64,000 nucleotides of DNA from positions 64,001 through 128,000 of the forward strand of contig CAWBOS010000011.1 in the NCBI GenBank assembly GCA_963790475.1. The letters run 5' to 3'. Source of the DNA: an uncultured delta proteobacterium (lineage in GTDB: Bacteria > Desulfobacterota > RBG-13-43-22). Under the pieces are notes generated by a model, which was not told the DNA's origin, made no database searches, and saw nothing but the letters and a program-made list of their open reading frames with translations. Each line of letters begins with the position of its first letter. Position 1 is the first letter of the stretch. The position numbers and the translations under genes were made by a program. Shown piece after piece: positions 1-10,309 of this stretch.

Positions 1-2
1 TG

Positions 3-974
3 GAAAGGATTTTCACCGAAGAGGAAGCGGAGATGTTCCTTGGTTTGAATTTACAACTTGAGACAGCGGAAGAAATAGCCCGACGATTAGGAACCAAAAT
101 TGATGTTGTGGGTCCTTTGCTGCAACAGATGAAGGAAAAGGGGAATGTTTTTTCCTGGCACAGGGGCGATACAGTCAAATTTGGGGCGGTTCCTTTTGTG
201 TTGGGGCTCTATGAATTCCAGCTTAATAAAATGGACAAGGAATTCGCCGGACTGTGCGAGAAGTATTTTAAAGAGGTCTTTCTAAAAAGTATCGCTTCAG
301 TCGACCCCCTGATGCGCGCCATCCCCATCAACCGTTCTCTGGAAGTCTCTCATCCTATTGCCACTTACGAAGATTCCCGGCGGGTTATCGAGAACAAGAA
401 AATTATATCCCTGGCCAGATGTATCTGCCGGGTTCAGCAAGGACTAATTGACCAGGGTTGCGGCAAACCGGTTGAGGTCTGTCTGTCCTTCGGGGCATCG
501 GCCCAGCATTATATTGATCAGGGGTTGGGACGCCAAATAACGGTAGAGGAGGCCCTAAAGGTCCTGGATGTGGCCGAAGAGGCCGGACTGGTGATTCAAA
601 ATTCCAACTCTCAGAATCCAGGAGGGATGTGCTGTTGCTGCGGCGATTGTTGCGCCCTGCTTCGTGCCTTAAATCAGATGCCCCGTCCGGCGAAAGCGGT
701 GGCCTCCAAATATTTCGCCGTCGCGGACACCGACCTTTGCACCGGATGTGAAATCTGTCTTGAGCGTTGTCAAATGGGGGCGATTTCCTTAACGGATGAA
801 AGTCTGGCCAAGATCAACTTGGATCGGTGCATCGGCTGCGGCCTTTGTGTGACTCAATGTCCGGCCGGGGCTCTTGAGCTTGGAATCAAACCGGAATCCC
901 AATGGATCGAGCCTCCGGAAAACGCTATGGCGGCCCTGACGATGCTGGCTCAGAAACGCGGGAAAGCGGCCTGA
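3..974 (+). CDS. 4Fe-4S dicluster protein (N-terminal HTH-like region, CxCR and CCCCGDCC motifs); 5' end lies outside the window
   Basis: Frame is open from base 3 (ERIFTEEEAEM...). Two CxxCxxCxxxC motifs at the C-terminus. Paralog of 61791..62792. Confidence 0.85.
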   Translation, partial: ERIFTEEEAEMFLGLNLQLETAEEIARRLGTKIDVVGPLLQQMKEKGNVFSWHRGDTVKFGAVPFVLGLYEFQLNKMDKEFAGLCEKYFKEVFLKSIASVDPLMRAIPINRSLEVSHPIATYEDSRRVIENKKIISLARCICRVQQGLIDQGCGKPVEVCLSFGASAQHYIDQGLGRQITVEEALKVLDVAEEAGLVIQNSNSQNPGGMCCCCGDCCALLRALNQMPRPAKAVASKYFAVADTDLCTGCEICLERCQMGAISLTDESLAKINLDRCIGCGLCVTQCPAGALELGIKPESQWIEPPENAMAALTMLAQKRGKAA

Positions 975-1000
975 AGGCAGAGGAACGCAAGGATAAGGAA

Positions 1001-2002
1001 ATGGAATATCGTCCATTCGGCCAGACGGGTCTGAAAGTATCAGAACTGGTCTTCGGCGGTGGCGCCGTCGGGGGCCTCCTAATTAATCAGGATGAAACTA
1101 CCAGGCGGGTGGCTATCCGGCGGGCCATGGAAGCCGGAATCAATTGGATCGATACCGCCCCCTCTTATGGAATGGGCAAGTCTGAAGAAGCCTTGGGGTG
1201 GCTTCTTAAAGAGATCGACGATACCCCCTACCTCTCCACCAAGGTTACCATTGATACCCGAGACCTGAGTGATATCCCCGGGCAAGTTGAAAGGAGCCTA
1301 ACGGCCAGCCTGGAGCGCCTCAAACGCGATTCGGTTACCTTGCTTCAACTGCACAACCGGATCGGTTCTGTGACCAAGGGGTATACGATCGCCGCCTCCG
1401 ATATTTTACGGAATTACGGTGTCCTTGATGGTCTCCAAAGGATGAAGGAACAGGGGCTTACCCAATATTTCGGGATCACGGCCTTGGGTGAGACGCCGAG
1501 CATAATCCAAGTGATTGAGAGCGGTAGGATTGCTTCCGCTCAGGTCTATTATAATCTCCTCAACCCCAGTGCCGGCTTCCGCCTGCCCCGCGTCTGGGAG
1601 GCCTTTGATTTCTCCGGTATCCTCGATGCCTGTGAGAAGTTTGGTGTGGCCGCCATGGGGATACGGGTTTTTTCCGCGGGGGTCATCGCCACCGATGATA
1701 GAACCGGCCGCGAAAGGCCTCTTACCGAGGGAGACACGGTTGAAAGTGAAACAATGAAAGCCAGGGCGGTTTTTGAAGAAATCGGAACCGAGTATGGGAC
1801 CAGGGCCCAAACGGCCATACGCTTCGTCCTGGGCCAGAAGAAGCTCTCTTGTGTCATTTTCGGTCTGGCCCAACTGGACCATCTGCAAGAGGTGATCGCG
1901 GCCCAGATCAAAGGGCCCCTGCCCCAAAAGGGCATTGACCGTTTGATGGCGGTCTATGAAAAAGGGGGAGTCCGACGGCCTTCAGGAAAGGGATCGGATT
2001 AA
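1001..2002 (+). CDS. Aldo/keto reductase
   Basis: MEYRPFGQTGLKVS start, IDTAPSYG, STKV, LLQLH motifs. AAGGA RBS before ATG 1001. Confidence 0.9.
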   Translation: MEYRPFGQTGLKVSELVFGGGAVGGLLINQDETTRRVAIRRAMEAGINWIDTAPSYGMGKSEEALGWLLKEIDDTPYLSTKVTIDTRDLSDIPGQVERSLTASLERLKRDSVTLLQLHNRIGSVTKGYTIAASDILRNYGVLDGLQRMKEQGLTQYFGITALGETPSIIQVIESGRIASAQVYYNLLNPSAGFRLPRVWEAFDFSGILDACEKFGVAAMGIRVFSAGVIATDDRTGRERPLTEGDTVESETMKARAVFEEIGTEYGTRAQTAIRFVLGQKKLSCVIFGLAQLDHLQEVIAAQIKGPLPQKGIDRLMAVYEKGGVRRPSGKGSD

Positions 2003-2150
2003 TTTCCCCAAGCCCGCTCCCGAGTCGTGAGATAATTTTCAAGATCACCGGTTCTTTCGGTAGGGTAATACACGCGTTCGGGCAATGGGTTTGCCCCGCC
2101 GTTAATTTACGAAACAGACTCGATCCGGCGCTCACAAGGAAGGAAATGAT

Positions 2151-3728
2151 ATGAACATCCCGCTCACCCCGATACGATTCCTGGAAAGAACTCTGAAACT
2201 TCATGGGGGAAAAACCGGCGTCGTCTGCGGAGACAGCCGTTTCACGTACGCCGCATTTGGGGAACGGGTCCATCGGCTTGCCAACGGTCTGCGCGGTCTC
2301 GGCGTGCAAAAGGGAGACCGGATTTCATACCTGGGATACAACTGTCACCGGCTCCTGGAGGCCTTTTTCGGCATTCCGCAGATCGGCGCCATTCTCATGC
2401 CGCTCAATATCCGGCTGGCCCCTGACGACTTTGACTATATCATCAATGAATCCGAGCCCAGGATTCTGTTCCTGGACCGGGACTTCATCCCTCAGATCGA
2501 ATCGATACGAGGGCATATCCCTTCCGTGAAAAGATTCATTCTCCTGGGTGAGGGCGGCGACACTTGCAACTGGATCAGCGGCACGTACGACGAGATGCTG
2601 GAAGGGTCCTCCCCGAAACCGCCTTATTCTCCCGGGGCCTATCCCTTTGAAGAGGACGACACGGCGGAGATCTTCTATACCAGCGGGACCACTGGCCGGC
2701 CCAAGGGAGTCATGCTGACTCATCGCAACCTATACCTGCATGCCCTGTCACTCCTGGCCTCCTCCCCCATGGATGAGACCGACATCCAGATACATTTGAT
2801 CCCGCTTTTTCATGTCAACGGCTGGGGCACACCCCATTACCTGACGGCCAGGGGCGGGACCCATGTCATGCTCCAGAAATTCGACCCTTCCGAGACCTTG
2901 AAGATCATCCAAAGGGAGAGGGTGACGCGGTTCTACATCATCCCCACCATGGCCAACGCCATCCTGGGGGTGCCCGATCTTGAGAAATATGACCTATCCA
3001 GCATGAGAAGGATCCTTATCGGCGGTGCGCCGCCCCCCACCGGCATGATTGACCGGGTTGAGGAGGTCTTCGGCGCGCTCACTTCCACCGCCTTCGGCAT
3101 GACCGAGACCTGCCCTTTGATCGCTTGGCCCGAACTGAGTCCGTACCTGGATGAGGAGACACGAACCTTCCGTGCCAAGCGCACCTGGGGGTTTCCCATG
3201 GTGGGCGTGGAGTACCGGATCGTGGGCCCCAATGGAAACGACCTCCCCTGGGACGGCGTGTCAGTGGGCGAACTCCTGGTGCGCGGCGACATGGTCATGA
3301 AAGGGTATTACAAGAGCCCCAAGGAAACGGCTGAAACCCTTAAGGATGGCTGGTATCACAGCGGAGACCTGTGCGCCATGGGAGCTGATGGGTCTCTCTA
3401 TATAAAGGACCGGCAGAAAGACATTATCATCAGCGGGGGGGAAAATATCTCGTCCCTGGAAGTGGAGGCGGTTCTCTATTCCCACCCGGACATTCTGGAG
3501 TGCGCGGTTATCGCCAAACCGGACGAAAAGTGGGGGGAAATCCCTCTGGCCTTGGTGGTGCCCAAACCGGGATCCAAAATTTCGCCCGAGGAAGTGATCG
3601 AGTTCGCCAGAAAGAACCTGGCCCATTTCAAGGCCCCAAGAGAAGTGCGCCTGATCAGCGAGTTTCCCAGAGGGGGCACCGGAAAAATCCTCAAATCGGT
3701 GCTGCGAAAGAACCTGCAAACCGATTGA
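2151..3728 (+). CDS. Acyl-CoA synthetase / long-chain fatty acid-CoA ligase
   Basis: YTSGTTGRPKG, FGMTE, SGD, IISGGENI, GKILK motifs. Confidence 0.93.
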   Translation: MNIPLTPIRFLERTLKLHGGKTGVVCGDSRFTYAAFGERVHRLANGLRGLGVQKGDRISYLGYNCHRLLEAFFGIPQIGAILMPLNIRLAPDDFDYIINESEPRILFLDRDFIPQIESIRGHIPSVKRFILLGEGGDTCNWISGTYDEMLEGSSPKPPYSPGAYPFEEDDTAEIFYTSGTTGRPKGVMLTHRNLYLHALSLLASSPMDETDIQIHLIPLFHVNGWGTPHYLTARGGTHVMLQKFDPSETLKIIQRERVTRFYIIPTMANAILGVPDLEKYDLSSMRRILIGGAPPPTGMIDRVEEVFGALTSTAFGMTETCPLIAWPELSPYLDEETRTFRAKRTWGFPMVGVEYRIVGPNGNDLPWDGVSVGELLVRGDMVMKGYYKSPKETAETLKDGWYHSGDLCAMGADGSLYIKDRQKDIIISGGENISSLEVEAVLYSHPDILECAVIAKPDEKWGEIPLALVVPKPGSKISPEEVIEFARKNLAHFKAPREVRLISEFPRGGTGKILKSVLRKNLQTD

Positions 3729-3810
3729 CAACCTTTGAAATAAATTTTGTTATATAATAATTCAAACATTTTTGATTTGAATTCTCAAAAGGTTTGAAGC
3801 TGGATAAAAA

Positions 3811-4107
3811 ATGAGAACCAGGCCTTTGTTCAAGTGTGTTATTGGATTATATGGGCTGCCGCGCGAAATAGCAGGTGCGCCTGAGGTGGAGATAGAACTA
3901 GCGGATGGGGCGTGCCTGAGGGAGGTTGTTGCAACGCTTCGGCGTGAAATTCCTAAACTGGTCGGGCGGGTTATTCGTATCGAACAAGATAAGCTCACAA
4001 GTTATTACGCCTTTAATATCAATGGGCGCCTTTATAATGATGACAAGGAAATTCGAATCCGAAAAGGCGATAAAGTATCGCTGCTGGCCATCGTTTCCGG
4101 GGGATGA
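3811..4107 (+). CDS. MoaD/ThiS-family sulfur carrier
   Basis: About 98 aa beta-grasp size; ends ...GDKVSLLAIVSGG with the C-terminal GG. Confidence 0.85.
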   Translation: MRTRPLFKCVIGLYGLPREIAGAPEVEIELADGACLREVVATLRREIPKLVGRVIRIEQDKLTSYYAFNINGRLYNDDKEIRIRKGDKVSLLAIVSGG

Positions 4108-4266
4108 TTCCCATGGGTTTATGGGGACGCGTTATAATTGGATATGCCGTGCCTATTACCTCATGACCAACAGGGTTGGAGGTTATCACCATGATAAAAG
4201 ATCTGTTATTTTTTGATTAATTGTTTTAACATCAATGAAAATTTTTTAAGAAGAAAGGTCAGTTCA

Positions 4267-4563
4267 ATGCCGCCAGCCTGGTTCTCCGGTCTCCCAAAAA
4301 AATTAAAGGGGTTTCTTAAATTCATTCGGGAATTCCTTTACGGGTTGCTGATCCACGAAATGGACTTAGAAATGAAGAAGGAAAGAGGGCATTTGGACAA
4401 CCTTTTCATGGCAATCGTCTTTGGAGATCTGATAGGCATACCCCTCTTGCCGCCTTATTATTCGATGAGGCTTCTGCCCTATCTGGTTCCTTCCATAGAA
4501 ACATGGAAGCGAAGAATTCTCCGGGAAAAGGATCTGACGGATTTTGTGGCCGGGGACCTTTAG
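4267..4563 (+). CDS. Small CstA/ArsA-associated membrane protein, paralog 2
   Basis: Core LF..I.FGDLIGIPLLPPYYSMRLLPYLVP.I.TWKRRILREKDLTD closely matches 7810..8085. Confidence 0.75.
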   Translation: MPPAWFSGLPKKLKGFLKFIREFLYGLLIHEMDLEMKKERGHLDNLFMAIVFGDLIGIPLLPPYYSMRLLPYLVPSIETWKRRILREKDLTDFVAGDL

Positions 4564-4735
4564 GAGCAGGGAACCGATACTACTCCGGCAATTCGAAATC
4601 AAGATAGGCATCGATGATTGCAGAATCCTGCTTCCCCTTCGAGGATTCACCTTCCTTAACATCCCTGGTATTATTGAACACAATTAAAAAAGGGAAGACT
4701 CGCCAAGAGTGAGAGCAACCTAAGAGGCCCTGTTT

Positions 4736-5113
4736 TTATACCCGTGCTCTTTGTATATGTGCGTCGAGAATGTCGTAGAGCTTCTCCCGATCCCAACCGG
4801 CTAGGACATCCTCCCTGTTGACAATAAAGGCAGGATATTTACGGAAACGGTACCTGAGGGATTTGTAAATCCCCATAAGGGATTTGGCGTCGATAATTAT
4901 GATTCTGACGCGGTGCTTATAAAGGCGGGTAATTTCATGAATCCAATCAGAAAGCTGATGGAGTTCTTCTCGGAACTCTTTCGGATATTCAGCGAGGGCT
5001 TCATTATTCACCTTGCTTTCGAATCCGCTCTCGGTAAATATAGGTCTACATCGGTTACAGTAACTGAATACGGTGAGTAAATTTGTTACAACTTCTATAG
5101 AAATCGGCTTCAT
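4736..5113 (-). CDS. Thioredoxin-like CxxC protein of unknown function
   Basis: Likely start MKPISIEV at 5113; CNRC near the N-terminus; YPAFIVN resembles the cis-Pro strand of a Trx fold. Confidence 0.6.
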   Translation of the reverse strand: MKPISIEVVTNLLTVFSYCNRCRPIFTESGFESKVNNEALAEYPKEFREELHQLSDWIHEITRLYKHRVRIIIIDAKSLMGIYKSLRYRFRKYPAFIVNREDVLAGWDREKLYDILDAHIQRARV

Positions 5114-5709
5114 AACAATTCTAATATAATACCTGCATTCTTTTCTTTCAACCCCTATGCGCTTACAACCGCTGCACCACTGTCGCGCCCCCGTGAACTG
5201 CACCGCTATCTGAGACAGTAAGCTGTGCGATTTACAAATAAATCTAAAAAGTTGACTCATAAATTGTAATTCCAAGGACGTCCCGTTTCCTTCACCGCTG
5301 GTTCGGCGATGGGGATCGAAGAAATCGTACTCGGCTTTGAGCAAACCGGTCCTTGTCTTGATCTCCTCCCCCAACTCCAGTTGGGTATCGTTTTCCAGGG
5401 TGTATGCCGGCCAGGTGCGGGCTTTCGATAAAAGGGGGCGTTTGACCTGTCTTTTTAGGTCAAACCCCTGAATTCTCTGTTGGAGAGCACGGGGATGAAA
5501 GGGCTACCTACTCTATGAGGACTTGGTAAAATATGAAGCACGGGCATAAAAAAAACCACCTCCAGATATAAAGAAAAAAATCTTAGGCAGTTAGATTGAT
5601 TTTTAATGTCCCGTGCAGAAGCACGAGGTTATTTATTTTAATGGAACGAGAATCATAAAAGCAACAAGATAGGATAATAAATCGGGTAACGGCCCAACAA
5701 AAGAAAATC

Positions 5710-6690
5710 CTATACAAACATATGGTCGATCATCCGGTTCAACATAGGTGTTCCTCTAACCTCGGTTTCAAAGAGGGGTATGGTGGCCCTCACCTTGCCT
5801 CCAAAGATTTTCCAGATTTCTTCCATGTGCCCTTCCTGCATTTCAACCCGGTTACGCACGAATTCCGCTGAATCTATTCCCACCTGGTCTTTCTGGATGA
5901 TGCCGTTGACCAACACACCCCCTACAGGTATTCCGAATTCATAAAACCAATTGATGAAACGGGTGATAACCGCGATCGGAAGGGCCTCGGGCAGGGTGGC
6001 AAAAAAGAAGGCGGTCAGGCTTTCGTCGGTAAGGAGACTCTGGGCCTTAGCCATTCGGTCTTTAAAGCTTAAGAGATACTCCATCAGGGGGTCCTTCTCT
6101 TTTTTCTTGGAAAAGGAGAGGGCTTCTCTCAACGTTTTTGCCTCATCTCTGCTTTTCAGCATCTTCTCAACCCAGAGGGAATAGACCTTGGACATCCCTA
6201 ATAGACGCCTGGCGTTGGCCGTGGGGGCGGTGTCGAAAACATAAAATTCATATTCGTCTTTGAACATAAGGTCGGTCATGTTTTCAAACATGGCCGATTC
6301 TTCAAAGGCCGGGTTCATCGTGGCCGATTCCACAAAATCATCCGCCTTTGTGGAAAGATCTGCAAATCTCAAAAACCAATTGATCTTTTCACGGATCTCT
6401 TTCTTGGACCGCTCAATAGTATCGCGTGTGTCTATTTCAAAGGCATAACAGAATTTTTCATCACACACGGTGACCGCTTTTCCGAAGACGTCCTGTTCAA
6501 AGAGATTGGAGAGACTGTGAACGGGGTTGGTGGAGGTAAGCAGTGTTTTTCTTCCTTGTTTGGCTGACCAAAGGGCCGCAGCCCCGGCCATAACCGTTTT
6601 CCCCACCCCCCCTTTCCCGCCAAAAAAGATATATTTGAGATTAGGATGGTTTTTCATATATTGAGTCATGCTTAGGGTGATGTGATCCAT
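5710..6690 (-). CDS. ArsA/Get3-family ATPase, single domain, switch-I Asp replaced by Asn
   Basis: GGKGGVGKT, STNPVHSL, FDTAPTAN. GGAG RBS before ATG 6690. Confidence 0.92.
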   Translation of the reverse strand: MDHITLSMTQYMKNHPNLKYIFFGGKGGVGKTVMAGAAALWSAKQGRKTLLTSTNPVHSLSNLFEQDVFGKAVTVCDEKFCYAFEIDTRDTIERSKKEIREKINWFLRFADLSTKADDFVESATMNPAFEESAMFENMTDLMFKDEYEFYVFDTAPTANARRLLGMSKVYSLWVEKMLKSRDEAKTLREALSFSKKKEKDPLMEYLLSFKDRMAKAQSLLTDESLTAFFFATLPEALPIAVITRFINWFYEFGIPVGGVLVNGIIQKDQVGIDSAEFVRNRVEMQEGHMEEIWKIFGGKVRATIPLFETEVRGTPMLNRMIDHMFV

Positions 6691-6725
6691 AGTGAAGCTC
6701 CTTGATGCTTCCTGTTGGAGATTTT

Positions 6726-7715
6726 TCAAAACATCCGTGCCGCCAGTTTTTCAATCATCTCCAGGCCCGTCACATCTCGTTCCATCTCGGGCACATAGGC
6801 CAGGATCTGATCTTTAAAGGTATCATTAATGACCTTCAAATATTTCTCCTGCATGACCAGACGATTTTTAAGGTACTCGGGAATCTGTTGACGGCTCAGC
6901 TCTTCCGGCAAAACCCGGTTGACGATATAACCGCTTAAAGGCACATCGAATTTAGCGAAAAGTCCGGCGGCCTTCAGGGTATCGTCAATCACCATTTCTT
7001 CGGCCGTTACCACGAAAAAAAAGGCGGTCTTTTCTTTATCGGTCAGTATACTGGAGGATTTGTTGATCCGATCCTTGATATAAAGCAGCTCATTTAAAAT
7101 GGCGTCTTCATCCAACTCTTTTTCGCGACGTATCACGGCTGCCGCCTGGTCATATTCCCGCATCTGCTGACGGAGATTGGTAATCTTATCGATCCATTCA
7201 TCATAGACGGAAGCCATGCTGAGATAATACAGGGCATGCCCCAAGGGCACAAGGTCATAAATGTAGTAGTCGTACCCGCCTTTGACCACGATATCGACAA
7301 CTTCATCGAAGATGGCGCTTTCTTCCATGGCCGGTTCGGCTGCGGCGGCCTGAATGTAACTTTCGATCTCTTCCGGGATCTGGTCCATTCCGTAGCGGTC
7401 GAGTATCTTCTGCCGGATTTCCTGCTGATACTCCTTGACCCGGCGGTCGGCATCGATCTCCTGGGCATAAAGATTGGGAATGATCTCCGTGGGACCTTTT
7501 CCAAAAATATCTTTTTTGAAGATATCGCTCAAGGATGCCTGCGGGTCAACGGAAAAAACCAGGACGCGCTTGCCTTGCTTGGCCAGATAATAGGCGGTTG
7601 CCGCCGAAAAAGTGGTCTTGCCGAGGCCGCCCTTCCCGCCGAACATGATGTAGCGTCTCTCCGGATATCGTTCAAATATTTTTGTTAGTGAAATGGTAAT
7701 CACCTCCCTATTCAT
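6726..7715 (-). CDS. ArsA/Get3-family ATPase, single domain
   Basis: GGKGGLGKTT, SVDPQASL, YDLVPLGH, IVNRV. Confidence 0.92.
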   Translation of the reverse strand: MNREVITISLTKIFERYPERRYIMFGGKGGLGKTTFSAATAYYLAKQGKRVLVFSVDPQASLSDIFKKDIFGKGPTEIIPNLYAQEIDADRRVKEYQQEIRQKILDRYGMDQIPEEIESYIQAAAAEPAMEESAIFDEVVDIVVKGGYDYYIYDLVPLGHALYYLSMASVYDEWIDKITNLRQQMREYDQAAAVIRREKELDEDAILNELLYIKDRINKSSSILTDKEKTAFFFVVTAEEMVIDDTLKAAGLFAKFDVPLSGYIVNRVLPEELSRQQIPEYLKNRLVMQEKYLKVINDTFKDQILAYVPEMERDVTGLEMIEKLAARMF

Positions 7716-7809
7716 TTTTAGATTTCGGAGTTGGGAAGGGTGAGCTCGAAATACAGGTAATCATTCTTATTTTTTCTCTCAACCCCGAATTCCTCGCTCC
7801 GAACTTCGT

Positions 7810-8085
7810 TTAGGCCAAAGCGTCAGTAAAATCCTTTTCCCTCAGCATTCTCCTCTTCCAGGTGGAGATCTGGGGAACCACATAAGGCAGCAACCTAAGC
7901 GAGTAATAGGGGGGTAGGATAGGAACGCCGAGCATATCTCCCATGGTAATGAGGATAAAAAGGTGCTCCATGCTCGCTCGGGTCTTCATAGCAAACCGAG
8001 CTGAATCATGAGCGGCCACTCCATAAACAATTTCCTTAACCGCCTGTAGAAATCCCCCTTTTTTCTTTTTCTCCTCTTCGGTCAT
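7810..8085 (-). CDS. Small CstA/ArsA-associated membrane protein, paralog 1
   Basis: Lies between cstA and the ArsA pair. LFILITMGDMLGVPILPPYYSLRLLPY..W.RRM resembles, from recall, small proteins of cstA-arsA operons. Confidence 0.8.
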   Translation of the reverse strand: MTEEEKKKKGGFLQAVKEIVYGVAAHDSARFAMKTRASMEHLFILITMGDMLGVPILPPYYSLRLLPYVVPQISTWKRRMLREKDFTDALA

Positions 8086-8126
8086 AAATACCCTTTCTTT
8101 AAATTTAATCACTTATCATTATAATC

Positions 8127-8158
8127 CCCCTACCCCTTTTACTATGGAGGGGTAGGGG
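8127..8158 (-). terminator. Intercistronic hairpin downstream of cstA
   Basis: CCCCTACCCCT / AGGGGTAGGGG perfect 11-bp stem; no U-tract on the minus strand, so it may be a stabiliser or partial terminator. Confidence 0.5.
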
Positions 8159-8197
8159 TTCGCCTTACTCCTCGCAACTAACCTCTTTCAGAATAAA

Positions 8198-9883
8198 TTA
8201 CGCCTTTGCCGGCGCTCCTTCTGCCCGTATAACTTTATAACGGTTAAAGGCCTTCAGTCCTTCCACCGCCAGAATGACTGCGCAAATGACCAGGAAGATC
8301 GCAACCAAAATCATCAGACTGTTTCCATATATGGCCCCGCCTTTAACCTTTCCCAAATAAATTTGATTAAAAAGCCTCCAGGCAGTAACTAAGAGAGCAG
8401 CCGTGGTAGTGAAAAACATAAAAATCATCGGGTAAAAAGTCCATCCATATCGTTTCCCCTGAGACATCAACCAGGCTGTCATCAGCAACAAGGCCAGGGA
8501 GGCCATCAATTGGTTGGCTCCTCCAAAAAGGATCCAGAGGTATTGCCACCATCCGGTCAAGATCAGAAACAGGGTGAGAAGGCTGGCAATGACAGTCCCA
8601 ATATGGGCATTTTTGAAGACGGGGCTGATATCGCCCAACAATTCCGATGTGGCAACTCGCATAAACCGGATGACGAGTTGCAGGATGGTGACTGCCAGGA
8701 TGATTAACATCACGCCACCATAGGACTTTCCTATAGCAGCGGGCATTCCCAACGCACCCAGGAATTTGGAAACCCCTCCTGCGAAGACGCCGACTGCTCC
8801 CTTGCCCACGGCTGCCGAATATTCGGCCGAGGACGCAAAAATGGTCCCGGCAATGACCAGGGCGAATACACCAAGCATCATTTCTACAAACATTACGCCG
8901 CCCCCTACCGGACGGGCATCCATTTCGCTTTCCAGTTGGCGCGCCGTCCCTGAACTGGAAACGATACTGTGCCATCCGGAGACAGCCCCGCAACCAATGG
9001 TCACAAACATGATGGGCCAGAGAGGCCCGATTCCGATATTAAAAGAAGTGTAAGCCGGAAGTGTAAATTGAGGATGAAGAATAAATACTCCTATGATACC
9101 GAAGAACAACCCCAGGAAGACAATGTAAGAGGCAACGTAGTTGATTGGAAGGGCGAACCTCCAGATGGGTAAAACCGCCGCGAAGTAGCAGAAGACCAGC
9201 GCAGCAATCGCCCATACCACTCTGCTATTAGCAATACCGGCTCCAAGGATGCTGTCAGAGGGAGCAACTGATCCAAGGTATATCCCAAACAACATAATGA
9301 GCACGGTGACAACCGTGGTCAGAATAATATCCTTTTTCCAGCGAAAGATCATCTGCCCGGCAAGAATTCCACCAAAGGTGAGAAAGAGCCAGGCTATGGG
9401 AGAGCTTTTTTGCCCTATGGCGGCATCAACGACGATATTCCCAAAAGCACCAGCGACCAGAAGCAGAAAGAAATAGATAAAACAGAGAAGAATGATCCGA
9501 GCTTTCGGTGAAATCAATTTGTAACTTAATCCACCGAAGGAAGCCCCCTCATTTCGCATGGCCACCACTGCGCTGGAATAGTCATGGATCCAGCCGATTA
9601 ATAACGCACCAAGCAAGAGCCACAGCAAGGCAGGGAGCCATCCCCATTGGATAGCAATGATAGGCCCGATAACCGGAGCTGCGCCGGCAATGGATTTGAA
9701 TTGGTATCCGAAGAGGATGTTCTTACTGGTAGGCATGAACTCAACGCCGTCCATGTACATCTTGGCCGGGGTAGCTCTGTTGGGGTCGGACTTGATGATC
9801 TTGGTATCGATATACTTGGAATAAAAACGATAGCCGATAAACGCGACAATAAAACCCAAAACAAGGACAATAACTGAATTCAT
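8198..9883 (-). CDS. cstA: Carbon starvation protein A family transporter
   Basis: TPA..MDG.EF.PT, F.SIAGAAPVIGP, IGCGAVSGWHS, W.LFGGANQLMA motifs; many TM segments. Confidence 0.93.
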   Translation of the reverse strand: MNSVIVLVLGFIVAFIGYRFYSKYIDTKIIKSDPNRATPAKMYMDGVEFMPTSKNILFGYQFKSIAGAAPVIGPIIAIQWGWLPALLWLLLGALLIGWIHDYSSAVVAMRNEGASFGGLSYKLISPKARIILLCFIYFFLLLVAGAFGNIVVDAAIGQKSSPIAWLFLTFGGILAGQMIFRWKKDIILTTVVTVLIMLFGIYLGSVAPSDSILGAGIANSRVVWAIAALVFCYFAAVLPIWRFALPINYVASYIVFLGLFFGIIGVFILHPQFTLPAYTSFNIGIGPLWPIMFVTIGCGAVSGWHSIVSSSGTARQLESEMDARPVGGGVMFVEMMLGVFALVIAGTIFASSAEYSAAVGKGAVGVFAGGVSKFLGALGMPAAIGKSYGGVMLIILAVTILQLVIRFMRVATSELLGDISPVFKNAHIGTVIASLLTLFLILTGWWQYLWILFGGANQLMASLALLLMTAWLMSQGKRYGWTFYPMIFMFFTTTAALLVTAWRLFNQIYLGKVKGGAIYGNSLMILVAIFLVICAVILAVEGLKAFNRYKVIRAEGAPAKA

Positions 9884-10309
9884 AATTACCTCCTCACTTT
9901 TAAAGGGTTAGAACGCTTATTTTGTGTATCGCTTAAATCCTCCTTGAAATTAATAAGTTATTTCTATAATTAGGAAAATGAAAAGTCAATAGAAATATCA
10001 AGCAAAGCTTGTTTCACTTCGAAGGAATAACGTAATTGGGGATTGTTGGCAAGTCCTTTATAGGAGGGGCAACTGTCCCTCAACCCAACTACTGCTCAGG
10101 TCAACCAGAACAACTTAAGGCTTGTCTTGAATTCTGACTTTTAATTTCCAAGGGCATCTAATCGGGCTGGCCTTGGCCTGCTTTTTTTCTTCTCTTTTAT
10201 ATCTCTATTTGTAAAGTTGTCTTTGGCCCAGCGTTCGCCTTTTTCCGGCCGGTCCGTTTGCTATTTGGCGTCCGCGGACAACGCAGACAAAAACAGACTG
10301 AAATATAGG

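Noticed and set aside
5155-5210. attC-like or group II intron 3' remnant
   Set aside because: Only loose resemblance; no complete R/L boxes or domain V hairpin.
5710-7715. Arsenic-resistance operon
   Set aside because: No arsenite pump, reductase, chaperone or ArsR in the window; the context is cstA.
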